From contig NC_068988.1 in NCBI RefSeq assembly GCF_001194135.2, positions 56,657,558 to 56,721,557 on the forward strand: a stretch of DNA of 64,000 nt, in the 5' to 3' direction. Shown piece after piece: positions 1 through 10,717 of the stretch (positions are counted from its first letter, which is position 1; each line of letters starts with the position of its first letter). The DNA comes from Octopus bimaculoides. Its lineage: Eukaryota. The translations under genes and the position numbers were made by a program. The notes under the pieces are model-generated. The model had not been told where the DNA came from. It worked only from the letters and a program-made list of their open reading frames with translations, and did no database searches.

Positions 1-358
1 GTCTTATTAGAAATAAGGCATCAGTAGTGCTTTTACCTGGCACGAACCCAAACTGCATCTCATCTAAATTGATTCGCTCCCTAATTAGTTGGGCTATGAC
101 CCTCTCTGTAACTTTCATAACCTGATCTAACAGCTTGATGCCTCTGTAATTATTTGTATCTAAAGCGTCACCTTTACCTTTGTATCAGTTGACTATGATG
201 CTGCTACACCAGTCATTGGGTATGACTCCTTCGTGTATCACCTGGTTCGTAATACGGGTGACTAGGCTATAGCCAACACTGCCAGATATTTTGAGCATCT
301 CTGCAGTGATTCCTGTTGGGCCGGGGGCTTTCCCGGTCTTCATACTCTTAATTGCTCC
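1..358 (-). mobile_element. RTE-clade LINE reverse transcriptase fragment (decayed)
   Basis: AIKSMKTGKAPGPTGITAEMLK...PNDWCSSIIVN*YKGKGDALDTNNYRGIKLLDQVMKVTERV...MQFGFVPGKSTTDALFLIR with an in-frame stop. Confidence 0.9.
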
Positions 359-374
359 TGCATATATATATATG

Positions 375-590
375 CATGTATGTATGTATGTATGTATGTA
401 TGTATGTGTGTGTGTATGTATGTATGTATGTATGTATGTATGTATGTAGGTAGGTAGGTAGGTAGGTAGGTAGGTAGGTAGGTAGGTAGGTAGGTAGGTA
501 GGTAGGTAGGTATGTATGTATGTATGTAGGTAGGTATGTAGGTATGTATGTAGGTATGTATGTAGGTATGTATGTATGTAGGTAGGTAGG

Positions 591-620
<30 letters not shown>
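375..620. repeat. Compound microsatellite (TATG)n/(TAGG)n/(TAGA)n
   Basis: Directly visible; explains the HTYI/PTYL pseudo-ORF 185-679. Confidence 0.97.
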
Positions 621-622
<2 letters not shown>

Positions 623-918
623 CTTTACCCTTTGAACGGCAGATTGAGAAATTAATTTTTTGTAACTAAACACTTTCACACTTTGGACAAAACAACAGCA
701 GTAATTTTATTCAGCTGAATACATGTCATTGATTGGTTGAAATTACCGAAATATGACTACTTTAACATGAAATAACTTTGAAAATATTAACTTTTCTCAA
801 CAACACTAAGAGTAATAGATGTTTTATATGACACATTCTACCAGTGTCCGAAGTTTAAAAGTGTTTAGTTACAAAAAATTATTTTCTCGATGTGCCATTC
901 AAAGGGAAAAAAAGATCC
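619..918. mobile_element. Non-autonomous TIR element, GGATC family (decayed left end)
   Basis: ~60-bp TIRs (ctttgaacggc...aaacacttt / aaagtgtttag...ccattcaaag), right end gatcc; internal gattggttgaaatt motif shared with 7231-7852 and 29550-30580. Confidence 0.8.
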
Positions 919-1340
919 ATATATATATTTGAGAAAATGAGTAGAGATGGCCTTTTTGTAGGGATAATTATTATTTTAATAATAATGTTTACAGTGAGTT
1001 ACTCTGTTTGAGTTTCAAGCTTCAAATAGCCTGTTTTCAAACTGAAAAATGTATGTTTAGCTGGTTGCTTAAATAGCAAAAGAAATATATATAAAAAAAA
1101 ATACAAAAGCATGTATGTATAAGAAGAAAGAAAAAGGAAAAAAACTGAAATAAAGCTAAAGGTAAAAATAAATATAAAAATAGTAATTGAAAACATAGGG
1201 GTGGGGAGTTAAGTACATCAAGAATAAATGGAATGGAATATTTTGGAGTGGTCAATCAGAAGATGACCAGTGGGGTGTCTGCTGATTTCAGGTCACCTAT
1301 TCATTCAGTTCTCACAAGTGGTATGATGTACACACATATA

Positions 1341-1647
1341 CTCTTTTACTTGTTTCAGTCATTTGATTGCGGCCATGCTTGGGCACCACCTTTAGTCCAG
1401 CAAATCGACCCCAGGACTTATTCTATCGGTCTCTTTTTGCCAAACCGCTAAGTTACGGGGACGTAAACATACCAGCATCGGTTGTCAAGCGAAGTTGGGG
1501 GGGCAAACATCTACCAAATCCACTCACAAGGCTTTGGTCAGCCCGAGGCTGTAGTAGAAGACACTTGCCCAAGGTGCCACGCAGTGGGACTGAACCCAGA
1601 ACTATGTGGTTGGTAAGCAAGCTACTTACCACACAGCCACTCCTGTG

Positions 1648-1650
<3 letters not shown>
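1341..1650 (-). mobile_element. tRNA-derived SINE family A (internally deleted)
   Basis: Head aggcacaggagtggctgtgtggtaag...gggttcagtcccactgcgtggc (A/B-box-like) and tail gactgaaacaagtaaaagag; matches 16626-17030 and 37895-38292. Confidence 0.9.
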
Positions 1651-1688
<38 letters not shown>

Positions 1689-1869
1689 CATACATACATA
1701 CACACACAATCAAGCTACAACTCCTAATTGCATCTTTCTCTTCCTCACATTTCCTCCTCATACATTGATTGTTTTCCAATTCCCTTTCTTGCCCTCACTG
1801 CTCCCCACACCCCCACCACCCTATTTTTCTAACCAGGTTTTATGCTCATTTTTGTTGTGAGTATACCCT

Positions 1870-2530
1870 AGCACTACACTATATCTCTTCTGCTCTCTCT
1901 TACACCTTTGCTGTTTCCTACTTTCTCTCTTTCCCTTTGGTCACTCTCCTTTTGTTTTTCATCTGACTAGGTAACCAAGTATCACCTTCTGGTTTTTGGA
2001 CTCTTTCTGTACCTCTATCTCACTCTCTCTTTCTCTCTGGGTAACCATGTACCTCCTTTATAGCAAGATACCTATTTCTGCCTCTCTATTTCTGTTACAC
2101 TCTAAGCTTTTATCATTTGATACTGGATCACCTCTAATGCCCTCTCTGTTGTGGAAAGACACGTCTCTGTCTCTTTGCCACACTAACTTTTATCCTCTGA
2201 CACAAATTCCGTTCCCCTCTCATGATTCCTTGTCTTGTGAGTTACTTGGTTACCCAGCTGGTGCCACGTTAAAAGCATCCAGTCCACACTTTAACATGGT
2301 TGGCATCTGAAAGGGCATCCAGCTGTAAATATCTTGCCAAAAGTAACTTCACCTGTGCTAGTGCCACATAAAAAGCACTGAGTCCACTCTACAGAGTGGT
2401 TGGTGTTAGGAAGCACATCAAGCCGTAAAATCCCTGCCAAAACGGACACAGTAGCATTGGGTAGGTTTTCTACCTCGCCGGCTCCTGTCAACTGTCCTAC
2501 TCATGTCAGAATGGAAGATGGACATTAAAC
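1870..2530 (+). mobile_element. SINE/LINE-tail family B (long form, RTE-like 3' end)
   Basis: ggtgccacgttaaaagca...gggcatccagctgta...atggacattaaac; homologous to 28620-29045 and 31945-32185. Confidence 0.8.
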
Positions 2531-3248
2531 ATCCATACATATGCACACATACACACATGCACATATACACATATATACACCTGCACACACATACATCCAC
2601 ATATACAAATATATGCATATACATACACATATACACACATCTCTACCACATGTACACTCCTACACACATACAAGCATACATGCATTCCTATATATCCATA
2701 TACACAAATATACATATATACACACAGGTGTACATATGTGTGGATACATGTGTGTATATGTGTATATATATATGTGTGTGTGTGTGTGTGTTTATGTATA
2801 TATGTCATACCATGTGTGAGAACTGAATGGATAGGTGACTTGAAATTGGCAGTCACTTCACTGGTTATCTTCTGACAAGTCAGTGATATTGACCATTCCA
2901 AAATATTCCATTTCTTTATTCTTGATGTACTTAACCCTCCTTCCCCCATGTTCTCAATCTTCCCGCCTTCTTTCTCTTTATATACATGCTCTTGTATTTT
3001 TTAAATATATTTTGTTATCTAAATCTTTTGCTATTTCAGCAACCAGTAAAACATACATTTTTCAGTTTGAAAATGGCTATTTGAAGCTTGAAACTCATAA
3101 ACAGAGTAACTCACTGTAAACATTATTATTAAAATTATTCCCACAAAAAAGGCCACCATATTTTCAAATATATAAAATACTGTACCAAGAATTTTNNNNN
3201 NNNNNNNNNNNNNNNNNNNNNNNNNNNNNNNNNNNNNNNNNNNNNNNN

Positions 3249-3299
<51 letters not shown>

Positions 3300-3974
3300 T
3301 GTGTGTGTGTATGTAAGGGTAATATCTAAGGATCAAGGTGTAGAAAATCAGTAAGCTTTAAGCAGTCTGTAGAAGGTATCAAAAAAAAACTTTCAGGAAC
3401 AATTGTGGTTTATTTTGGGATTGAATCTCCTGTGAGTTAACATGGGATCCCTGGATGACAATGTAAACTTGATTTGATTAAGGTAGCTATGGCCTGACAA
3501 GTAGCAAGCGGATTACTCCTCATTTGGGGAATTACTACTTCTGAGGTTTCTGCTAGCTATGAAACATGTAACCTGGATTTTATCTGTTCTATTCCTTAAT
3601 TTTGGATATGTATATACGTGCATGTCTTAGCTGTGTGGTTAAGAAGTTTGCTTTGCAAGTATCTGGTTTTGAGTCCAGTCTCACTCCACAGTACCTTGTG
3701 CAAATGTCTTATACATCTCCAGGTTGACTGATTCCTTGTAAGTGAATTTGATGGAAACTATATAACAGGCTTCTTTTCAGTTTTCATTTTCATTTACATA
3801 ATCCACTCATGTTCTTAGGTCAAACCATGGTTATTTCAAAAGACACTTGCTCTAAGTGCTGCTCATTGGGACTGAACCTGAAGCCATAGCATTTGGAAGC
3901 AAACTTCTTAACTATATAGCCATGCCTATGTGACTCCTTATCTATTTCTGTATATCATATTTACATTTACCTCA

Positions 3975-4180
3975 TCATCATCATCGTTTAACGTCCGTTT
4001 TCCATGCTGGCATGGGTTGGACGGTTTGATTGGGGACTGGCAAGCCTGGAGGCTGCACCAGGCTCCAATCTGATCTGGTAATGTTTATACAGCTGGATGT
4101 CCTTCCTAACGCCAACCACTCTGAGAGTATAGTAGGTGCTTTTTATGTGCCACCGGCACGTCCTTTCCTGAGTATTCAAA
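3975..4180 (-). mobile_element. Family B RTE-like 3' end with (GAT)n tail
   Basis: catcatcatcgtttaacgtccgttttccatgctggcatgggttggacgg...; same tail as the RTE fragment at 51020-51820. Confidence 0.9.
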
Positions 4181-4244
4181 AATGTAAACATCCTTTTAGT
4201 AGAAGAACACTTACAGTTCCCTCTAGATGTAAATTCTCTCTCTC

Positions 4245-4575
4245 TCTAAGAAGTTTGCTTCCCATTCACATGGTTTTGGGTTCAGTTCTGCTGCATGGCA
4301 CCTTGAGCAAGTGTCTTCCACTGTAGCTTCGAGCTGACGAAATCCTTGTGAGTGGATTTGGAAGACAGAAACTGAAAGAAGCCCACCATGTTTGTGTGTG
4401 TGTCTTTGTGGCTGCCCCCACCCATCACCATTTGACAACCAATGTTGGTGTGCTTATGTCCCTGTAACTTAGCGGTTCAGCAAAAGAGACTGATAGAATG
4501 TCATGGGGTCGATTTGTTCAACTAAAACCCGTCAAGGCAATTCTGCAGTCAAATGACTGAAACGAGTAAAAGAAT
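4245..4575 (+). mobile_element. SINE family A
   Basis: aagaagtttgcttcccattcacatgg...ggaagacagaaactgaaagaagccc...caaatgactgaaacgagtaaaagaa. Confidence 0.85.
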
Positions 4576-5776
4576 TGTGTGTATATTAGCACACACACAC
4601 AGATGCGTGTATGATTTTCAATAGACTTTGAGAATAAACAGCTAAATTTAGTTTTAAATTAAGCTTTTTGAAAGGACTTTGTTGTATTAAAATCAGTTTT
4701 AATAACGTTCATGATTCTCTAATTTATACAATAAGTTGTTTACTTTGGCTATAAAAGTCTTGTCATTAGCGTAGATTAAAAAGGATTTTTATAGCATCTA
4801 GTCTGATCATAATTTGCATTTTGTAGTGGGATGTTTAATCAAATGTTACATTAGTCATGTTATTGCTAAAAATTCAAACAAAACCAAATTCTTTAACCAG
4901 TTTGATTGGACATTTTGTGACAGCTGCTGGCTTCTTTTTCTCTCTAAAAAAATTTCTCTAACAGCTTTTGATGTTCAGTGATCAATTATTTATTTATGCA
5001 TCATACTGTAATTTAATATTATGTAAAGAACAGTGTTTCAGTCATATTTAGTATTATTTACTGTAAAAATACTATATTGTATGCATTGTTTACTAAGAGC
5101 AATGTTCAAGTATTATTTAAACAACTGTTAACCACCATACCTTTATCTTATTACTTGTTTCAGTCATTGGATTGTTGCCATGCTGGGTAAGGGTTTTAGT
5201 TGAACAAATCGACCTAAGTACTTATTTTTTGTTTAAAGTTTCGTACTGATTCTATTGATCTTTGCCAAACTGCTGTTACAGGGACGTAAACAAAACAACA
5301 CCAGTTGTCAAGCAGTGGCGAGACAAATACAAACATACGTATATCTGTATATATGTGTGTGGGCATTTGGAAGAGTATCTAGCTGGTGCCACATAAAAAG
5401 CAATCAGTCCACTCTGTGGGTTGGTTGGTGTTAAGAAGAGCATCCAGCTGTAAGAAGCATGCCAAAACACACACACACACAAGCCTGATGTCGTCTTCTA
5501 CCTGGCTGGCTTCTGTCAAACCGTCCAACCCATGCCAGCATGGAAGGTGGACGTTAAACGATGATGATATATATAAGCTCAAATAAAGGTTACAAACTTC
5601 TTCAAGGGATAGCAAACTCCTATGAAAGTGCTGGTTAGTTACCTATACAAAGAATGTTGAACATTACAATTAATATTCAGCTGTAAGGTGGTAGCCATAT
5701 AAATCGTGGTTTATATATATATACTTATTTTTAACTAATAAATAATAATTTATTATCTCTCCATTTGCTTATTGTA

Positions 5777-5831
<55 letters not shown>

Positions 5832-6053
5832 CTTATTTTAGTTTCAGTCTACCAAATCCACTAAGTAGGCTTTGGTCAAGGGCTATAAGTAGAAGACACC
5901 CAAGGTGTCGAAACCATGTAGTTAAGAAGCAAACATCTTTACCACATGGCCATGCCTGTGCGTACGTTTAACATTAAACAATGTTTTGTATCGTGTAAAG
6001 AACAGTATTTACAATAATAGTATTTGCTCACCCCATACTTATGGTGATGGTCA

Positions 6054-6440
6054 ATATTGGTTTCACACTTTGGCACAAGGCCAGCAATTTCGGGATAGGG
6101 ATTACATCGACCGCTGTACTCAACTGATACTTATTTTATCAATCCTGAAAGGATGAAAGGCAAAAGTTGTCCTCGACGGAATTTGAACTCAAAACATGAA
6201 GACAGACAAAATGCCGGCACAAGGCCAGTAATTTCGGGATAGGTGTTAAGTCGATTACATCGACCGCTGTACTCAACTGGTACTTATCTTATCAATCCCG
6301 AAAGGATGAAAGGCAAAATTGTCCTCGGTGGAATTTGAACTCAAAACGTGGAGACAGACGAAATGCCGCTAAGCTTTTCACCGACCGTGCTAACGATTCT
6401 GCTATCTTGCCGCCTTAGTAGTGTTCAATATTAAGGCGCA
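6054..6440 (-). mobile_element. SINE family C with internal 144-bp tandem duplication
   Basis: ggcacaaggccag...gaaaggatgaaaggcaaa...atttgaactc present twice (6072, 6216); tRNA-like head on minus strand near 6400-6420. Confidence 0.9.
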
Positions 6441-7230
6441 GACATAGCCCTTTGATTGAAGTCACTTCACAACCACGTGGTTTTGAGTTTAGGTCTCTCC
6501 GCGCGGTGCCTTCTACTGTAGCGCCCAAGACCATCCAGTACCTTGTGAGTGACTTTGGGAAGCCTTTCTCCTATGTGTTTTTACTACCTGACAACAGATG
6601 TTGGTTTGTTTACTTCCTCGCAATTTTGTTTGGCAAGAAAGATCCATAGAATACTTACCAGACTTCAAAGCTAATTAGCTGGGATCCAGTTCGACTAAAA
6701 CCTTCTACGGTGCTGCTCCAGCATGACCACTGTCCAATGACGGAAACAAGTAAAGGAATTGTAATACTTCGACCGTGCGAACCAAAGGAGATGGCGACGT
6801 AGACGGTAAAGGCTCCTTTTTACCATGTCGCACGGTCGAACACAAAAATAAGATATATATAAGATAGAAAGAAGGCTCATCGTGAGAGATACAAACCAAG
6901 TGCCAGTAAAGAACTTAGGACAAACACAACCGTTAGATATATAATGAGAGGAAGTTTATTAACATAGTGAAACTGTTTGTGTCTGTGTGCGCGTGCATGC
7001 GGCATATAAAATTAACACAGTAGATAGGTCAGGCCTTCGTGTACAAGAGAATGTATACAACAATGTGAAGTGACGGACAGTCGTATAAAAAATAGTGTGT
7101 GTACGATATGTGAGTGTACAAGTGTGTGTGTGAGAGGAACACAGTACATAAAAAGAGTGTCTGTAACATAGACTGTAAAAGGCCTTAAACACTGAGAATA
7201 GAGAAAACCAGTTCGTATTAGAGTTACACA

Positions 7231-7852
7231 GGATCTATTTTAAAACGGGGGCCACATTTTTCATTAATGCTTTACGTAGTGTTTATGGTACGGAAAGATT
7301 TTCAAACTTCGTATACTTATCTATTTTGTGTTATACAACAGAAAAATATTTTTGTATTCGAATTTATTTCACGTAAAAAATTGTCTTATTTCGATAATTT
7401 CAACCAATCACTGACAAGTATTCAGTTGTTTACATTTACTCCTTTGGCTGATTAAGCGATGTAAAGCGTATTTAATCTCCATACCTTCGTTTTATTTGCT
7501 TTTTTCATTTTAAACTTGCTTTAACCCTAACCGTAGGGTTAGGGTTAATTGTTTCAGAATCGTTTGTTTATGTAGTCGGCACTTAATGTATATCGGCTGA
7601 ATGGACGTCAGTGATTGGTTGAAATTACAGAAATACGACAACTTTNNNNNNNNNNNNNNNNNNNNNNNNNNNNNNNNNNNNNNNNNNNNNNNNNNNNNNN
7701 NNNNNNNNNNNNNNNGGAATAACTTATGGATTTCTTTTTTTTTTTAAGAAGACTAAGAGAAAAAGATGTTTTATATGACACATTCTACCAGTGTTCCAAG
7801 TTTCAAAGTGTTTCGTTAATGAAAAATGTGGCCCCCGTTTTAAAAAAGATCC
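7231..7852. mobile_element. Non-autonomous TIR element, GGATC family, 8-bp TSD GTTACACA
   Basis: TIR ggatctattttaaaacgggggccacatttttcatt / aatgaaaaatgtggcccccgttttaaaaaagatcc; gttacaca at 7223-7230 and 7853-7860. Confidence 0.92.
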
Positions 7853-7959
7853 GTTACACAAGATTTAGAATGTTCATATGCAGGAAGTTGTGGCCAAGTA
7901 GCAGAGCTGTGAGTATCACACTATGTGTGTTGAGCGTCGTATGCTGCGACCTGTGTTAC

Positions 7960-8169
7960 CTGGTATAGTATATTCTGGCTGGTTAGTTCTGATTGTTATT
8001 CGTGAGTGGAAACAATCCACTTAACAGCATCGAGATAAAACCGCTCTTGTTGGTGTTGCTGGCGACGACAATGGTAGACAGTACATTGGTGGAATAGACG
8101 TCGGCGCTGGAACTGGCTGCATCTGTGTTCTGTATGTGTGTGGTCAACGACCAGACCTGTGAGAGATCT
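7960..8169 (-). other. Candidate first (5'UTR) exon of an unidentified divergent gene
   Basis: Follows the TATA/Inr and ends at a minus-strand donor CCAG|GTAACA (plus 7960/7959). No coding exon of this gene was recognised. Confidence 0.4.
8021..8122 (-). CDS. Candidate 33-aa uORF/small ORF MQPVPAPTSIPPMYCLPLSSPATPTRAVLSRCC
   Basis: ATG at 8122-8120 to TAA at 8023-8021 inside the candidate first exon; below the ORF-track size cutoff; no homology recognised. Confidence 0.3.
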   Translation of the reverse strand: MQPVPAPTSIPPMYCLPLSSPATPTRAVLSRCC

Positions 8170-8330
8170 GAAATCGTTGGATCGGGCTTATTTATAGGCG
8201 AAAAAGGGCTCACCGGAAACCCAGTAAAACTCCTCACGTGACTTTAAGCTGAAGCCGCGGTTGGACGTAATGCCTCCTTAGCAAGCAGAACATGGGGACA
8301 ATTGCCGCGCAAAAATAAGAACCAATCAGG
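8160..8330 (-). promoter_or_regulatory. Candidate core promoter facing left (TATA, Inr-like, E-box, Ets-like, CCAAT)
   Basis: Minus strand TATAAATA at 8196-8189, TTCAGAT Inr-like ~27 nt downstream, CCGGAA at ~8213, CACGTG 8235-8240 and AACCAATCAG 8320-8329, all in unique CpG-rich sequence. Confidence 0.5.
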
Positions 8331-8509
8331 ATGATGGACAGAAGGGACCAAGGTAACCGAAGGCTAGATGTTAGCAGCTTCGTTACCATTTATGATTGAA
8401 TGCCCGAGAGAGAGGTTTCACTACAGAATTAAACTACCGTATTTTACAGAAATGTTTTGTTTATTGAATTAACAGTTGGTTAATTCAGTAATTAACCAAC
8501 TGTTTACAG

Positions 8510-8710
8510 TTATATTGGCTTGAAATTTTGGTACTAGTTCAGTAATTTCGAGTTCGACCCCAGTGCTTAACTGGTGCTTATTTCATCGACTCCGAAGGGA
8601 TGAAAAGCAAAGTCGACCTCGGCAGAATTTTAACTCAGAACGTAAAAACGGGCGAAATGCCGCTAAGCACTATGTCCGGCGTGCTAATTTTTCAGCCAAC
8701 CTTTCGCCTT
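8510..8710 (-). mobile_element. SINE family C
   Basis: ttcgaccccagtgc...gggatgaaaagcaaagtcgacctcggcagaatttt...gccgctaagc; CpGs retained. Confidence 0.88.
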
Positions 8711-9606
8711 AACGTTTACAGTGATATTGAATATTATTTTACTCTCAGCATTTACAATAATAATGCTCAGAATTTAGGCAACTGCTTACAGCAACTTGTA
8801 TCATTTATAATATATATATAGAGTATACAGTATTGTTTAGTATTATTATTTAAACAGTATTTGCGAGATTATCCACGCGATATTTACAGTAAGGTTTAGT
8901 ATTTATTGCAGTATTTTCAATATTGTTTATTTTCATAAGAGCATTGAACAGTGTTGCTTTAGTGGATTTTATTAGTTAGGATATTCGTAATAGGTTTATG
9001 TAAACACTACATAGAGATAATTCGAATTGAAAAGATTCACAGTATGTTTTATTTAAATACTGTGTTCATAGCACAGGCGTGGCTGTGGTAACTTTGCTCC
9101 CCAACCACATGGTTCCGAGTTCAGGCCCACTGCGTGGCATTCTAGGAAAATGCCCTAGCATGACCACAGTCCAATGACCAAAACAAGCAAACGCTAGCAC
9201 ACACACACTCACACTCTCTGTTGCAGGGTCGGAACTTAGTCTACAGACGTTTTGATTACGTACGACTGGGCAATTTTTTTTATCACAATTTCCATTTCGT
9301 CGAAGTCGATACGTGTCTTCCGATTCCACTAACACAAATAATTGATTGAGGCTCCAATACTCCGATTTCAGACTTCTGGTTTTAGTGCGTTGTTTCATCA
9401 CCATACATATTTCTGTTAGAGCAGACGTGGCTGTGTAATAAGAATTTTGCTTCCCAACCTCATGGTTTCGGGTTCAGTCTCATTGTATTGAACAGTATTG
9501 CTTTAGTGGGTCTAATAGTTGCGATAATCGTAATAGGCGTAGAAAAACTGCATTGAAGTAATTCCAACCAAAAAGATCCACAATATGTATTATTTAAATA
9601 CTGCAA

Positions 9607-10262
9607 ATGGTAAGAAGTTTGCTCCCCAACCACATAGTTCCGAGTTCAGTCTCACTGCTTGACACTTTGGGCGAATGTCTTTTACTATAGTTCCGGGTCG
9701 ACTAAATCTTTGTGAGTGGATTCGGTTGACGGAAACTGAAAGAACACCGTTGTGTATATGTATATGTGTGTATGTGTTACTGTTTCCTTACCCTGATATC
9801 CAGGGTCGGCGCTAGGAAGTCCGGGGCTTAATTAGAGAATTGTCAGTGGGACATACAAAAGCAGAAGATTGATGTTTTATGCTTCGTGTAGTATGTCAGT
9901 CCTAGTCAAAAAAAAAAAAAAAAAAAAAAGCGTTGAGAGCTTGAGGCTCCACTATTAGTCACAATGATATACTAAAAATTCATCATATTGTCCTCCGCTC
10001 GAGCATGTGCGTGGGGCCCACTCTTGGCGCGGGACCCAAGTTGAACAAGTCTGTCCAACTGGTTTAAAACCGACCCTGTTTATATCACACCGTAACGAAT
10101 ATCATTTACACAAGCGGCGTCTTTCGTTTCCTATTCTCTTTGAGACAAGTCTGGCCATGGGCGAAATATTATCTCAGTTTGAAACAGGTGAGTGTTGGCG
10201 ATAGGAAGGGCATCTGGCCGTAGAAAATCAGCTTCAACATTTTGTCCGATCCATACAAAGAT
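9607..10262 (+). mobile_element. Composite SINE (A-type head + RTE-like tail) interrupted by a MITE
   Basis: ggtaagaagtttgctccccaaccacat...gtgttactgtttccttaccctgatatc [MITE] ...aaacaggtgagtgttggcgataggaagggcatctgg; homologous to 26932-27290. Confidence 0.75.
9801..10078. mobile_element. hAT-like MITE
   Basis: TIR CAGGGTCGG / CCGACCCTG; imperfect 8-bp flanks ctgatatc / tttatatc. Confidence 0.7.
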
Positions 10263-10675
10263 TTGTAATCGTAAAATGAAGTGACCGATGTGAGTAAGTA
10301 AGTGAAATGTTTCTTGGACATAAATAGAGGTTCGAAGAATCTTGGTTGGGTCGTCTGACATATATTGCAAGATCCCGAATGCCATTTTAACAATCTTTCG
10401 TTTTTAGTAAAAACAAAAGATTGCTTATATTATTTATTTCTTTATTGCATGTATGAAGAATTAACGTTTAAAATAAATTTTATAAAGGTTTTTATCGAAC
10501 TTACAGATACCAGTAGCCAGTGTTTGTAAGCACAATGTGAATGTGTGTGTGTATATGTATATGTTTGTGTGTATATGTATATATGTTTATATACACACAC
10601 ACATTGTGTGTTTACAAACACCGTTTGGCTACTGGTACCTGTGTGTGTGTATATATATATGTGTGTGTGTATATT

Positions 10676-10717
<42 letters not shown>

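Larger units (their letters stand above)
920..3175. repeat. Large inverted repeat pair (arms ~920-1330 and ~2800-3175) enclosing SINEs
   Basis: gtttacagtgagttactctgttt...ttctcaca is reverse-complemented at tgtgagaac...aaacagagtaactcactgtaaac. Confidence 0.85.

Noticed and set aside
5600-5660. Minus-strand ttctttgtatag|GTAACT site as exon of the divergent gene
   Set aside because: Short pyrimidine tract and no recognisable peptide.
6768-6840. tRNA interpretation of the 73-nt hairpin
   Set aside because: No D-arm, anticodon arm or TTCRA T-loop in the right positions.
8024-8162. Plus-frame peptide ...RQYIGGIDVGAGTGCIC resembling SAM-binding/FGGY motifs
   Set aside because: Bounded by stops, no ATG or convincing splice sites, no partner exons; likely chance.
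7983-8237. 84-aa minus ORF MRSFTGFP...
   Set aside because: Starts at GTG upstream of the putative TATA box with a stop two codons before; no homology recognised.
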